62,746 nucleotides of DNA, from positions 1-62,746 of the forward strand of contig JBGOTQ010000004.1 of the NCBI GenBank assembly GCA_041476565.1, read 5' to 3'. A program made the translations under genes and the position numbers. Under the pieces are notes generated by a model, which searched no databases, was not told the origin of the DNA, and was given only the letters and a program-made list of their open reading frames with translations. Shown here one piece after another: positions 10,499-20,256 of the stretch (position 1 is the stretch's first letter; each line of letters begins with the position of its first letter). The stretch comes from Terriglobia bacterium (lineage in GTDB: Bacteria; Acidobacteriota; Terriglobia; Versatilivoradales; Versatilivoraceae).

Positions 10499-11029
10499 TT
10501 GCGGCCTAATCTTAGTCTTAGCCTGTTCGCTGTCAGCATTGCCGGAATAGCCGTATGCACTCTGTCGTTTGCTACCCCTGAAAACAAGGAGGAAAGACTG
10601 CCAGCTCCGGCCCCCGCTCAGCCAATCCAATTCAGCCACAAGCAACATGCCGAGCTGGGCATGGAGTGTGGAGACTGTCATGGGAATGCCGACAGGAATG
10701 ATCAAGCGGGCATGCCGGACGTTCCCTTCTGTATGGGCTGCCACGAGACGGTGAAGACCGACAGCCCCGAAGTTAAGAAGCTAGCAGAACTCTACCGTCG
10801 AGGAGAACGCCTCCGGTGGGTGCGTGTATACAAAGTCCCAGCATACGTTTTTTTCAGCCACGCCACTCACGTAAGAGCCGGACAAAAGTGCGCTGCCTGC
10901 CATGGACCCGTCCAGACCCGCGAGGTTCTGGCCCAGGAAGTCTCCACGCGAATGGCTGCCTGCCTTCAATGCCACAGGGCCAGGAAGGCTTCCACTAGCT
11001 GCTCCCTTTGTCATCAATTAGGACAGTAA
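10499..11029 (+). CDS. Periplasmic pentaheme cytochrome c (ActA/QrcA-like module)
   Basis: Five CxxCH motifs (CGDCH, CMGCH, CAACH, CLQCH, CSLCH), QPIQFSHKQH and FFSHATHV; signal-like N-terminus; AGAGGA RBS before TTG. Confidence 0.88.
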   Translation: MRPNLSLSLFAVSIAGIAVCTLSFATPENKEERLPAPAPAQPIQFSHKQHAELGMECGDCHGNADRNDQAGMPDVPFCMGCHETVKTDSPEVKKLAELYRRGERLRWVRVYKVPAYVFFSHATHVRAGQKCAACHGPVQTREVLAQEVSTRMAACLQCHRARKASTSCSLCHQLGQ

Positions 11030-11638
11030 TAGAATCCGCGAAATATAATGATTCAATAGGGGTTGTCTTGAACTCCAACTATAAGTCCTCAAAAGTCGGC
11101 TAGCGTTTATTTATCCGAGCACCGGCTGTGGTTCCATTCAAAAGAGGGAGCTGCCCTTGAGTGCATAGTTTCGTGATGCTTCCGTCATCTACTGTTGGTG
11201 GTGTAAAATAGAGCTTTATTTGTGCAATACTTTGCGGGTGAATTTGAAGTCGCTAATGATGGTTGCCTTCAAATCAGTAACAAGTCCTTTTTGTCAGAAG
11301 GAGATGAAGGTAGCTACTAACAGCAGACTGCGGAAACACCACGAAGGATCGCGGCGCTGTTGCAGCGGGACGGGCAGCGAACCAGGACAGACAACGAATC
11401 GAGCGCTCAGAAGTAGTCCCGTCGGGACAAGTGTCAGCGGTCAGGCTGGCTGGAGGCGAGAAACAGACCAAACAAGTCAGCGAAACTGCCAAACGAGCTG
11501 CGATGCAACCTGAGGGCGGCTATGTCGATCTGATGAACTTCGAACGAGAAGCAGGCGTATGGTTTTGCGCACAGATAGAGTTCAATTCGGAAACTCCGGT
11601 CCACTTCGTGACCTATACCTTTACAAAGGGGGACAGAC

Positions 11639-12595
11639 ATGATCATACAGACGCGACGCGACTTCCTGAAAGGCTCTGCGACGGTGGCCGTCGGCACGGC
11701 CGTATTAGGCTGGACCGGCGCTGGTCTCACCGCCGCCACTGAACCGCAGGTGAAATTCCCTAAGGAGCCGCGCGAGCGCTTGGCCGTGGCTTCGTGGCCT
11801 TTCCGCATGTTCATCGATGCTCCCAACAACAAGTGGGCCCGCGATCCCAAGCTGCCCGGCATGGACCTGAAGGACTTTGGTGGCATGGTGGTGAAGAAGT
11901 TTGGACTTCACAACATCGAACCGCTGGATGCGCACTTCCGCTCCACCGAGCCGGCCTACCTGGCCGAGCTCCGCGAGGACACGGAGAAAGCAGGTGCGCA
12001 CATCATCGATGTTCCAGTCGACCTTCGCGACAGTTTCTATGACACTGACCCGGCCCGGCGAGCGAAGTCCGTGGAAGCCAGCAGAAAGTGGATCGATATC
12101 GCGAACACGCTTGGATCCTCGAGCGTTCGGCTCCATATCGCAGGCTCAAACAATACGAAGCCGGACGTCGATCGGGCAGCCGAGAGCCTAAAGCAGATTG
12201 CCCAGTACGCCGCCGAGAAGAACGTCGTGGCGAACCTTGAGAATGACGACAACCTCACCGAAGATCCCTTCTTCATTGTGGAAGTTATCGAGAAGGTGAA
12301 CAACCCCTACCTTCATGCCCTGCCGGATTTCTGCAATTCCATGATGACGCACGATCAGGACTTCAACAATCGCGCCATGGTAGCGATGTTTAAGCACGCT
12401 TACTGTATCTCTCACATGAAGGATTCCGAGGTCGGCGAGGGTGGCAAAGTCCGCACGGTGGACTTCGCCAAGTGCTTCGCCATCGCCAAGGCAGCGGGCT
12501 ATCGCGGATACTTTTCAATGGAGTGGGAAGGGAAGGGTGAACCCTACGCCGGGACGCAGCAGCTCATCGACGAGACTCTGAAGAATCTCGCCTGA
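11639..12595 (+). CDS. Tat-exported sugar phosphate isomerase/epimerase (AP endonuclease 2-like TIM barrel)
   Basis: TRRDFLK signal; LEND, LPDFCN, SHMKD and SMEWEG metal-binding motifs. Confidence 0.85.
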   Translation: MIIQTRRDFLKGSATVAVGTAVLGWTGAGLTAATEPQVKFPKEPRERLAVASWPFRMFIDAPNNKWARDPKLPGMDLKDFGGMVVKKFGLHNIEPLDAHFRSTEPAYLAELREDTEKAGAHIIDVPVDLRDSFYDTDPARRAKSVEASRKWIDIANTLGSSSVRLHIAGSNNTKPDVDRAAESLKQIAQYAAEKNVVANLENDDNLTEDPFFIVEVIEKVNNPYLHALPDFCNSMMTHDQDFNNRAMVAMFKHAYCISHMKDSEVGEGGKVRTVDFAKCFAIAKAAGYRGYFSMEWEGKGEPYAGTQQLIDETLKNLA

Positions 12596-13172
12596 CGCGC
12601 TTCGCACTTGATTGCACCATTTCTCAGCATTTGTTCGCCGCTCCGGCAAACTGGGAGTGTCATAGGAGTGAGCTCCATCCTCCCGGGCTGATTTCCTGTC
12701 CATAGCGAATTGATAATTTGCCGCACAATTCCTGACAATTCCACATTTTGTTCCGATGCTTTGATGCGCGACCTGATTATCCTGCTCTGGAATTCATCTT
12801 GCCGGCAGGCATTTCTGGTTCTGCCGGATCCTAAGGGAAGCTGAATCGGAGGTGGTTACGAGTGCTTTGTCGGTCCTTATGAGGAATTCCAAATACAATC
12901 ATCGACCCAAGAATTGTCTGGCAGTGTTTAGCTTCACCCAGAGATACTCCAGCCCGCCCAACTGGATCAGGAACTGACCGACATACCCAGGATTTTCAAA
13001 CCCGCAAGGCCTAAAGAACGGTTGAGAACTGCGCGGCCAGACTTTCCATGGAATCCTACGGCCAGGGAGGGAGAGAAACCTTGGGAGAGTGAGCGGTGAT
13101 CTGATATTCTAGCCTGGAACTCGATTCGCAAGGGCATTCAATCTCCCGATATCATCCACAGGAGTCGAAAAG

Positions 13173-14153
13173 ATGCAAACGCGCAAGCTGGGCAACACGG
13201 AATTTCAAATTTCCGCCATCGGGCTGGGCGCTTGGGCCATGGGCGGCGGCGGTTGGACCTTCGGGTGGGGGCCGCAGGACGACAGCGAGTCGATAGCGGC
13301 GATCCACCGTGCGCTGGACCTGGGCATCAACTGGATCGATACGGCCGCCGTCTACGGTCTTGGACGTTCCGAACAGGTCGTGGCACGAGCGCTCGCGGAG
13401 GTTCCCTCATCGAACCGACCGCTGGTATTCACCAAGTGCAGTCTCGTCTGGGATGAACGAGGAAGTATCTCCCACAATCTGGAGCCCGCGTCGCTCCGCA
13501 AGGAAGTCGAGTCCAGCCTCGAGCGGTTGCGTGTCGAGACCATCGACCTGTACCAGATCCACTGGCCTAATTTCACTGGAGGCGAATCCCCTTCGCAGGG
13601 CATCGAAGCCGCCTGGCAGACCCTCGCGGAAATGAAGAAGGCCGGGAAGATTCGCTACATCGGCGTGTCCAACTTCAACGCCCGTGAGCTTGAACGCGTC
13701 GGCCGGATCGCGCCGGTGAGTTCTCTCCAGCCTCCCTACTCGATGCTCAGGCGCGGTGTGGAAGCCGAGATTTTGCCTTACTGCGCCGCTCACAAAGTTG
13801 GCGTGATTGTGTATTCGCCCATGCAGTCGGGATTGCTCAGCGGAACGATGACGCGCGAACGCATTGCGGCATTACCGAAGGACGACTGGCGCTTGACCAA
13901 GGCCCCCGAGTTCCAGGAACCCAGGCTTTCCAGGAATCTTCTCCTGGTCGAACAGCTCAGAACCATTGGTAAGCGGCACGGTTGCTCGCCCGGTGAAGTG
14001 GCCATTGCCTGGACTCTCCGCAGGCCGGAGGTGACCGCGGCGATTGTAGGGGCCCGCCGCCCGAGCCAGGTCGAGGGGTTCATCGGAGCCGCCGGCTTCC
14101 GGCTCAGCAACGAAGAACTCGACGAAATCGAACGATTGCTTTCCACGTCCTGA
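13173..14153 (+). CDS. Aldo/keto reductase
   Basis: IGLGAWAMGG, DTAAVYG, IDLYQIHWP, GVSNF, YSPMQSGLL. Confidence 0.93.
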   Translation: MQTRKLGNTEFQISAIGLGAWAMGGGGWTFGWGPQDDSESIAAIHRALDLGINWIDTAAVYGLGRSEQVVARALAEVPSSNRPLVFTKCSLVWDERGSISHNLEPASLRKEVESSLERLRVETIDLYQIHWPNFTGGESPSQGIEAAWQTLAEMKKAGKIRYIGVSNFNARELERVGRIAPVSSLQPPYSMLRRGVEAEILPYCAAHKVGVIVYSPMQSGLLSGTMTRERIAALPKDDWRLTKAPEFQEPRLSRNLLLVEQLRTIGKRHGCSPGEVAIAWTLRRPEVTAAIVGARRPSQVEGFIGAAGFRLSNEELDEIERLLSTS

Positions 14154-14296
14154 TTCCCGGAACATCATGTCGCGAAGGGTGCGATACCGATGCAGCTGAT
14201 CATCTGTTTCATCTGTGAATCATCAACTTTGACAGAGGGCTCTGTGGGCAGGATCTTCACTTCAGCAGAAAACCACATGATCCATCCGTTACTCGG

Positions 14297-15676
14297 TTAA
14301 GGGCCCACGGTCAGCGTAAAAAGGTTATCCTGCCCGTTCTTCTCCGAGAGATGAATTTTAAAGCCTCGAAGCTCTCCTTGGGGGGTCTTCAGCAGAATTT
14401 CGTATTCCCCATAAAACCCTCGAAAATTGAGGCGACCGTCTCCGGCGGTTGTGGCCGTCAGTCGGGTTTCCCACTCCTGGTGAACGAGTCGCATCAAGCG
14501 GCGGTAGACAGGCTTGGGTTCGTATTCGGCAGTAACCAATCCCCCTCCCGGTTGCCAGGCATCTCGATCGGAGAACCCCCACCAGTTGATTACCTCCACG
14601 GCTGGATGCCCGAAGGCCAGTCGGTAGATCTGCTCAGCATAGTCGGCTTGGCTCTCTTCGCTCCAACGTCCTTCGCGCCAGCCGCCGGCGATGGGTTTGC
14701 CGGAGGACTGGGGGATGAACTCAGTGATTTGCAGCGGGTCGCCCAGTGAGCCCAGTAGATCCAGCGTCTTCACCACCTCTTCAGGCGGGAACCAGGCATC
14801 CAGTGGTTCGTGGGTTTGAATCCCTAAGGCACCAATCGGAACAAGCCCGGCTTTGAGTTTTTGCACGAGACTTAGAAACCTCTGGCGAACCTCCGGCTTC
14901 ATGATTTGGTAAAACTCATTCAGCACCAACGTGGCTTGAGGATTAGCGTGGTGGGCCATCCGGTAATAGGGGGCGATCCAGCGGGCAATCTCATCTACAG
15001 GAATAGATCGATAGCGGGTTCCCTCGTTTTCTGATGGATCTGCATGAGCCATCCGCCAGGAAACAGTATTGACGGGTTCGTTAACAATGTCCCAGATATT
15101 AATCTTGCCTGCCAAGCCCAGAACGGTGCTGGTCACACGTGCCGAGAGCAGTGTCTCGGTCATTTCCACCGGGAGAAGATAAAGCCACCGAGGCATGCCA
15201 GCCGGATTCGTCCAAACCAACGGGTGGCCTTTGAGAGTGATGCCATTTGCCAGGGCCCACTCAATCACGCCCGCTTGTCTTGGCCACTGGGGCATTCCGG
15301 CAGTTGGTTCATAGCCCTCCCAATAAAAGGGCAACACTCCCATGTTGAATAGAGCTTTGAATCGTTCCCTATAATCCTCTACACGGTATGGTTCGCTACC
15401 CGCATGGCTCACCAAACCAAATAACAAAGCTCCAAATAAGAAATCATGGGTCTTCTGGCGAATTTCAACGTTGACTCCGGACAGGGGTTGACCATCCCGC
15501 GTTTTGAAGGTTAACCACGCATCCCCTTTCCGGAATTTCTCCGCCCCATCAGCCGCTTGTTTCAATAGGCGCGATTCGACTTCCGCAATCTTCGCCTGCT
15601 CGATTGAGGTTGCTAAACTGATGGGAACAACTAAAAGGGCCCACCCCAACGTGAAAGCAAGGGAGCTAAGAGTCAT
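14297..15676 (-). CDS. Glycoside hydrolase family 10 (endo-xylanase-like), secreted
   Basis: KGHPLVW, WDIVNEP (acid/base), LQITEF (nucleophile); signal peptide. Confidence 0.88.
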   Translation of the reverse strand: MTLSSLAFTLGWALLVVPISLATSIEQAKIAEVESRLLKQAADGAEKFRKGDAWLTFKTRDGQPLSGVNVEIRQKTHDFLFGALLFGLVSHAGSEPYRVEDYRERFKALFNMGVLPFYWEGYEPTAGMPQWPRQAGVIEWALANGITLKGHPLVWTNPAGMPRWLYLLPVEMTETLLSARVTSTVLGLAGKINIWDIVNEPVNTVSWRMAHADPSENEGTRYRSIPVDEIARWIAPYYRMAHHANPQATLVLNEFYQIMKPEVRQRFLSLVQKLKAGLVPIGALGIQTHEPLDAWFPPEEVVKTLDLLGSLGDPLQITEFIPQSSGKPIAGGWREGRWSEESQADYAEQIYRLAFGHPAVEVINWWGFSDRDAWQPGGGLVTAEYEPKPVYRRLMRLVHQEWETRLTATTAGDGRLNFRGFYGEYEILLKTPQGELRGFKIHLSEKNGQDNLFTLTVGP

Positions 15677-15869
15677 CCCTTAGCACCTCCTTTTCCTGAA
15701 CTGAGGATCAAATTAGGTTAATTCGGAGCAGAGTATATAGACTGCCAAAGAGTGCGTCAATTCCACTGCCTTAGCTCGTATGAGAATGTCCGTAACCAAG
15801 CGGTAAGCATGATTGCAGTGAGATCGGGCTTCTCCCCATCTTGAACCGCAACTTGTCATCCCACCAGAA

Positions 15870-15925
15870 TGGTCGCGATGAATGATCCCCTTCGAGTGGG
15901 CCGCATCCAAAGCTCCGGATCTGGA
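15870..15925 (-). pseudogene. Tiny Ser/Thr kinase remnant (subdomain VI)
   Basis: SGALDAAHSKGIIHRD. Confidence 0.6.
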
Positions 15926-16044
15926 GTCTCCTCCGGAGCATTATCGGCTGGAACGCTTTTCTCTCCTGGGTGAATCTCATGTTCCATATCATAGCAGGCG
16001 AATGCCCTTTCAGGGAGAAGAAGCTCAAATTGCCACTCGCCAGG

Positions 16045-16448
16045 CGATACTGGCCGTTGCTTGGGATCCCCGTAAGGTCGGAAGGGCTACCACTGATCCT
16101 AACAAACACCTTGTGGTTCGTTGAAATCTGATGGTCAAACCTGGTGGAGTAGAAGTAGGTCTCCTCAGTGGTTCTGTAATTCTCTGCCTCCGTGATTAAT
16201 CCTTGGAAAGAAGAACGTAATCGGTTTGGGACGAGCGCAAAAGTAGTGACTTCGCGCACGGACCCGTTAGCTGTGTTCTCAACTCTGACCTTCGCGCCCG
16301 AGACTGCGGCCCCGGAGGGATCGGAGACAGTGATTTCCATTTCCGCTGTGTCCAGTCGAGCAAGGCAAACTTGAGTTAGCGACACCAGGACTAAGTTCAA
16401 CAGTCCCAGCCTGATGGCACGGATCTTCTTATATGTTAAGAGGGTCAT
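16045..16448 (-). pseudogene. Remnant of a CarboxypepD_reg/TonB-dependent receptor
   Basis: Signal peptide and VSDPSGAAVSGAKVRVENTANG are spliced to the internal segment STRFDHQISTNH; similarity is then lost. Confidence 0.7.
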
Positions 16449-16868
16449 CGGCCTCAGAGGCTCCTTTGCTATTGAAAGCTCCTGAGGCGTCTTCGATCCG
16501 ATTGGCGTCTTCGAACTGTTCCTAAGAAGCGTTTCGTTGTTTCTTCTTTATACCTATAAGAGTCCTCAAGAAGGCAAAACCGTAAAATTTTTTCGGAACA
16601 CTCTTCGTACGCTGTCAATGTCTATCAGAAGACTGATACTGGAGGCCCTTCTACTTCTTCTAGCGAGTTTTGATAAGGAGGAGACCAGCAATGAAGCCGA
16701 GCTGGGCAAGATCCGTGACCGCAACCCAGTAGCTTTCTCATTGGGAAAATCAAAGTACTCAGCAATGGGGGGGGAAGAATGAAGCCCGGGAATCTAAGTT
16801 GAACATGACGTATTCATCCAAACAAAGTCCTGATTTATGAGGCTGCTTGTGTGCATCATGTAGCCTCA

Positions 16869-17189
16869 TCAAATGTAGTTAAAAAGTTGTGTCGAGAGAT
16901 CCCCATCAGCCCTTGCTAAGTGGAACTTCGATTCTACGATTCTTACGATCTCGTCGTGATTCGTTAGGATAAAGTCTCGTTCAATCTCGACGCCCACTCT
17001 CTGACGCAAGACGTCATCCTTTCTGCTCCGATCCAGGATCTTCTGCCAAACCACATTGTCCTTCTGAAGGCGAAAGTACAGTGGCCAATAGAACTCAGAA
17101 AGCTGTCGCTCCAGTAAATCAATTCGTTTGTTTCGTTTCATGACCGTCAGTTCATCTCTTTCTTTCACAACCTCTGTCGTATTCAACAA
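16869..17189 (-). CDS. Hypothetical protein, probably a fragment
   Basis: 106-aa ORF with ERQLSEFYWPLYFRL; no clear RBS. Confidence 0.45.
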   Translation of the reverse strand: MLNTTEVVKERDELTVMKRNKRIDLLERQLSEFYWPLYFRLQKDNVVWQKILDRSRKDDVLRQRVGVEIERDFILTNHDEIVRIVESKFHLARADGDLSTQLFNYI

Positions 17190-17250
17190 GTTAGGCTTTC
17201 GCCTGGAGTCTGAAATCCTCCAGGTGACACTTCAATCGGAACCAGCAGTG

Positions 17251-18642
17251 TCACCGTCCCGGCTGCCCGAACCTCTTCGCTGCGTCGTCCAGAACCAGCA
17301 CCCAATCGTTCCCCCTGCCGGGCGTGCCGGGAGGCGTGAACGTCCTCACCCTTGCGTTGCTGTAAACGCCGATAGATTGTGCAGCGCCGGTGCGCGGATC
17401 ATACCACCACGCTTTCACCTTGATCCCCGAGATCTTTCCAAGGGCGACTTTCACGAGCTTTCCGGTCGGGCAGTACACAAAGGCGTAGCCCTCACCGCGT
17501 GTCGCTTGCACATGGTCCGCGCCGTCGGCGGAGGCCTCGGCGATCAACGACTGGTCCGGCACCCGCGACAGGAAAGATCGCGATTCAATGAGATGGCGGA
17601 CATATTGCATCTGGCCGGCGCCGGGCAGATCGATACTCTCGGTCCAGGTCCCCCGCGCCAGCCCCACGGCTTCACGGCCGGGGGCTTTCATCTGCCAGAT
17701 GTCGTGACAACCGTAGGTGTGTCCGAATGCGCCGGCAAAAACCGCCCAATAGGCTGCCTGCCGCACGTCGGTCGCGTCGAACCATCCGTTCTTTTCCGGC
17801 TTCCAGTCCACTGGATGATTCTCGTAACGCGGCTCGCCGTCAAAGGTAGGTTTCACTGGCGCAAGGTTGTAGTCGTGCTCGATCATCAGGTAGTTCGCTT
17901 TGTTCCGCTCGGAATGGCCGGACTGCATCATGTTGAAATTGAGCCACTCCTCGTTTTGAAACCATTTCGAGGAGGAGATCTCGCCATTCGGGTGAAAAGT
18001 GATCAGGTGCCGGCCGCCGTCGCCTTCCCTGAGTCCCGCGGCCATTGCGCGCCAGACAGACACGACGCCATCCGCGGGCCGGTCGCCGCCCAGTATCCAA
18101 ATGATGTTGACGCGGTCGCGATAGCGTTTGCCGAGGAATCGTCCATAGGCTCGCGCGTTTTGCTCGTTGAAGATCTCGGGGCCGCCGCCCCACATCTTCA
18201 CGACTTTGTCACCCCAAGTGGGCAGCATGCCGATGTACAATCCCTTCTCGCGCGCTATATCCACAACGTCGTCGACGTGTGTGAAGTAGGCCGCGTTGGG
18301 CTTGGTTGGATCATTGTCGATCAAGGGACGATCGCCGTCGGCGTTCGGCGCTTTCAGACCGTCGAGTTCCGCCAGGACGACTGCCTGGATGACGGTGAAT
18401 CCCTTCTGACGGCGATTCTCCAGATACTTGGAGGATTCCTCCCGGGTCAACCGATGGAACAACTCCCATGCCGTATCGCCCAGGTAGAAGAACGGCGTGC
18501 CGTCCGCATACACCAGGTAACGCTGGCTTGCCGACACCTTCAAGTCACCGTGCTGAAAGTCCGCGGATTGGCCAGCCAGCATCATCGTCATGCCTATTGA
18601 GAGAGCAGTCCCGTTTAGAAAAATGGATAGGCGTTTGTTCAT
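17251..18642 (-). CDS. DUF4038 (GH140 apiosidase-like) glycoside hydrolase with C-terminal collagen-binding-like domain
   Basis: PFFYLGDTAW, IWILGGD, DGEPRYE, GHTYG, WWYDPRTG, DWVLVL; AAGGAG RBS before MNKRLS. Confidence 0.9.
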   Translation of the reverse strand: MNKRLSIFLNGTALSIGMTMMLAGQSADFQHGDLKVSASQRYLVYADGTPFFYLGDTAWELFHRLTREESSKYLENRRQKGFTVIQAVVLAELDGLKAPNADGDRPLIDNDPTKPNAAYFTHVDDVVDIAREKGLYIGMLPTWGDKVVKMWGGGPEIFNEQNARAYGRFLGKRYRDRVNIIWILGGDRPADGVVSVWRAMAAGLREGDGGRHLITFHPNGEISSSKWFQNEEWLNFNMMQSGHSERNKANYLMIEHDYNLAPVKPTFDGEPRYENHPVDWKPEKNGWFDATDVRQAAYWAVFAGAFGHTYGCHDIWQMKAPGREAVGLARGTWTESIDLPGAGQMQYVRHLIESRSFLSRVPDQSLIAEASADGADHVQATRGEGYAFVYCPTGKLVKVALGKISGIKVKAWWYDPRTGAAQSIGVYSNARVRTFTPPGTPGRGNDWVLVLDDAAKRFGQPGR

Positions 18643-18757
18643 AAGGCTCCTTCTTCCCAAGTGACGATATGGGCAGAATTTGTTGCTTGACACCCCCATA
18701 CCGCCTGATACGATGTGGCCACAATGAGAGCGACCCACATCCTATTCTTTTTTACTG

Positions 18758-18976
18758 GTTTCTGTCGCGAAACTCGGCAAGAAGGCTCCCCTCCTTGGAT
18801 AAGGAGGGGCAGCCGCAGCCACAGGCAGCGGCGGGGTGGTTCGATCAATCCTGGGAAAGCCAAGCCAGTATCCGTATTGCGGCACCTCCCACCACCCCCG
18901 CGGCGCTACGCGCCACCTCCCCTCCTCAGCCGAGGAGGGGAGTTTTCATACAATCCTGCCATTTCGCGACAGAAAC
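18758..18976. mobile_element. 219-bp MITE with REP-like palindromic cargo
   Basis: Perfect 15-bp TIR GTTTCTGTCGCGAAA / TTTCGCGACAGAAAC; flanks TTACTG and TTACTA; two internal CTCCCCTCCT..AGGAGGGG hairpins. Confidence 0.8.
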
Positions 18977-19143
18977 TTACTAGCGCGCCGTCAAAAAGCA
19001 ATTTCTTATCATTGACAACCCGCACCGACGGCACTCCGCACTCGGCCAACGCTCCCCGATGCTTTATGGACGTCTCACATCAAATGCCGCTCAACTCCAC
19101 ACTCGCCTCCCACGCATCGAGCGGGGGCAACTCTATCTGAACT

Positions 19144-20184
19144 ATGAAGCAAGCCGACCGAAAAGAAAAGAAAGCGGCATCAAGCAAGCAGCATGTCAAA
19201 GTGGCTGTTGTCCAGGCAGCGCCCGTTGCGTTCAATCGTGAGCGCACCCTGAAGAAAGTTCAGGCCCTCGCACGCGAGGCGGCTCGTCAGGGCGCCCAGC
19301 TGGCGCTCTTCCCCGAGGCGTTTGTCTCCGCCTATCCCCGTGGGCTCGACTTCGGCGCGGTAGTGGGTTCGCGGTCGGAGCAAGGCCGCGAAGACTTCCG
19401 TCGTTATTGGGAGAGCAGTGTGGACGTACCCGGTCCAGCCGTTGAAGAGCTAGGCCGGACGGCGCGAAACAACGGCATCTACCTTGTCATCGGTGTCGTC
19501 GAGCGGTGCGGGGGCACTCTCTACTGCTCGGTATTATTCTTTGCCTCCAATGGCAGCTTTCTGGGCAAGCACCGGAAGATCATGCCAACTGGATCTGAGC
19601 GCCTGGTTTGGGGGTTCGGCGATGGTTCCACGATGCCGGTGTTCGAGACGCCGTTGGGAAAGCTCGGCGCAGTGATCTGCTGGGAGAACTACCTGCCCTT
19701 GATGAGAGCGGCGATGTACGCCAAGGGCATCGAGATTTATTGCGCGCCCACAGCCGACAGCCGCGACTCCTGGATTGCTTCGATGCGGCACATCGCGGTA
19801 GAGGGGCGCTGCTTCGTACTTTCCTGCAACCAATTCAACCGTCGGCGTGATTTTCCGGACGATTACAATTCACTTCATGGCAAAGATCCCGAAGCGGTCA
19901 TCACGCGCGGGGGCAGCTGTATCGTCGATCCCTTCGGCAATTTTCTCGCGGGGCCTGACATGGAAGATGAAGTGATTCTGACCGCCGATATCGATCGCGG
20001 GCAGATCATCCGTGGCAAGTACGACCTGGACGTGGTAGGCCATTATGCCCGGCCGGACATTTTCCAGCTCTACGTGGACGAGCGGCCGAAGCGCCCCGTA
20101 ACGACCCACGCCAGCGCAGCGACGGACGAGGAAGAACCGGCACCTCGAACTAACCGCCGCGCTGTTCCGGGCCCGGGGAAATAG
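19144..20184 (+). CDS. Nitrilase (carbon-nitrogen hydrolase, branch 1)
   Basis: Catalytic triad motifs FPEAF, HRKIMPT and ICWENY; GHYARPD. Confidence 0.92.
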   Translation: MKQADRKEKKAASSKQHVKVAVVQAAPVAFNRERTLKKVQALAREAARQGAQLALFPEAFVSAYPRGLDFGAVVGSRSEQGREDFRRYWESSVDVPGPAVEELGRTARNNGIYLVIGVVERCGGTLYCSVLFFASNGSFLGKHRKIMPTGSERLVWGFGDGSTMPVFETPLGKLGAVICWENYLPLMRAAMYAKGIEIYCAPTADSRDSWIASMRHIAVEGRCFVLSCNQFNRRRDFPDDYNSLHGKDPEAVITRGGSCIVDPFGNFLAGPDMEDEVILTADIDRGQIIRGKYDLDVVGHYARPDIFQLYVDERPKRPVTTHASAATDEEEPAPRTNRRAVPGPGK

Positions 20185-20256
20185 AACGATGGTAGGGAAA
20201 GGAATCGACTCAGTGACAGTCTCTGACCCTGATGTTTTGTGCGGGAGGGCTCCCCA

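Noticed and set aside
11455-11490. Similarity to 36018-36050 (translations VSLTCLVCFS and VSLACLVCFS)
   Set aside because: Short and weak at the nucleotide level; could be chance
12596-13172. Long intergenic gap as a possible ncRNA (also 11030-11638)
   Set aside because: No structure or motif I can support by eye; an Rfam/Infernal scan would be needed
17128-18600. 490-aa plus-strand ORF, and similar long antisense ORFs (19870-21291, 22066-22980, 39762-40655, 60278-61093)
   Set aside because: Shadows of well-supported genes on the opposite strand in GC-rich DNA, with no recognisable motifs
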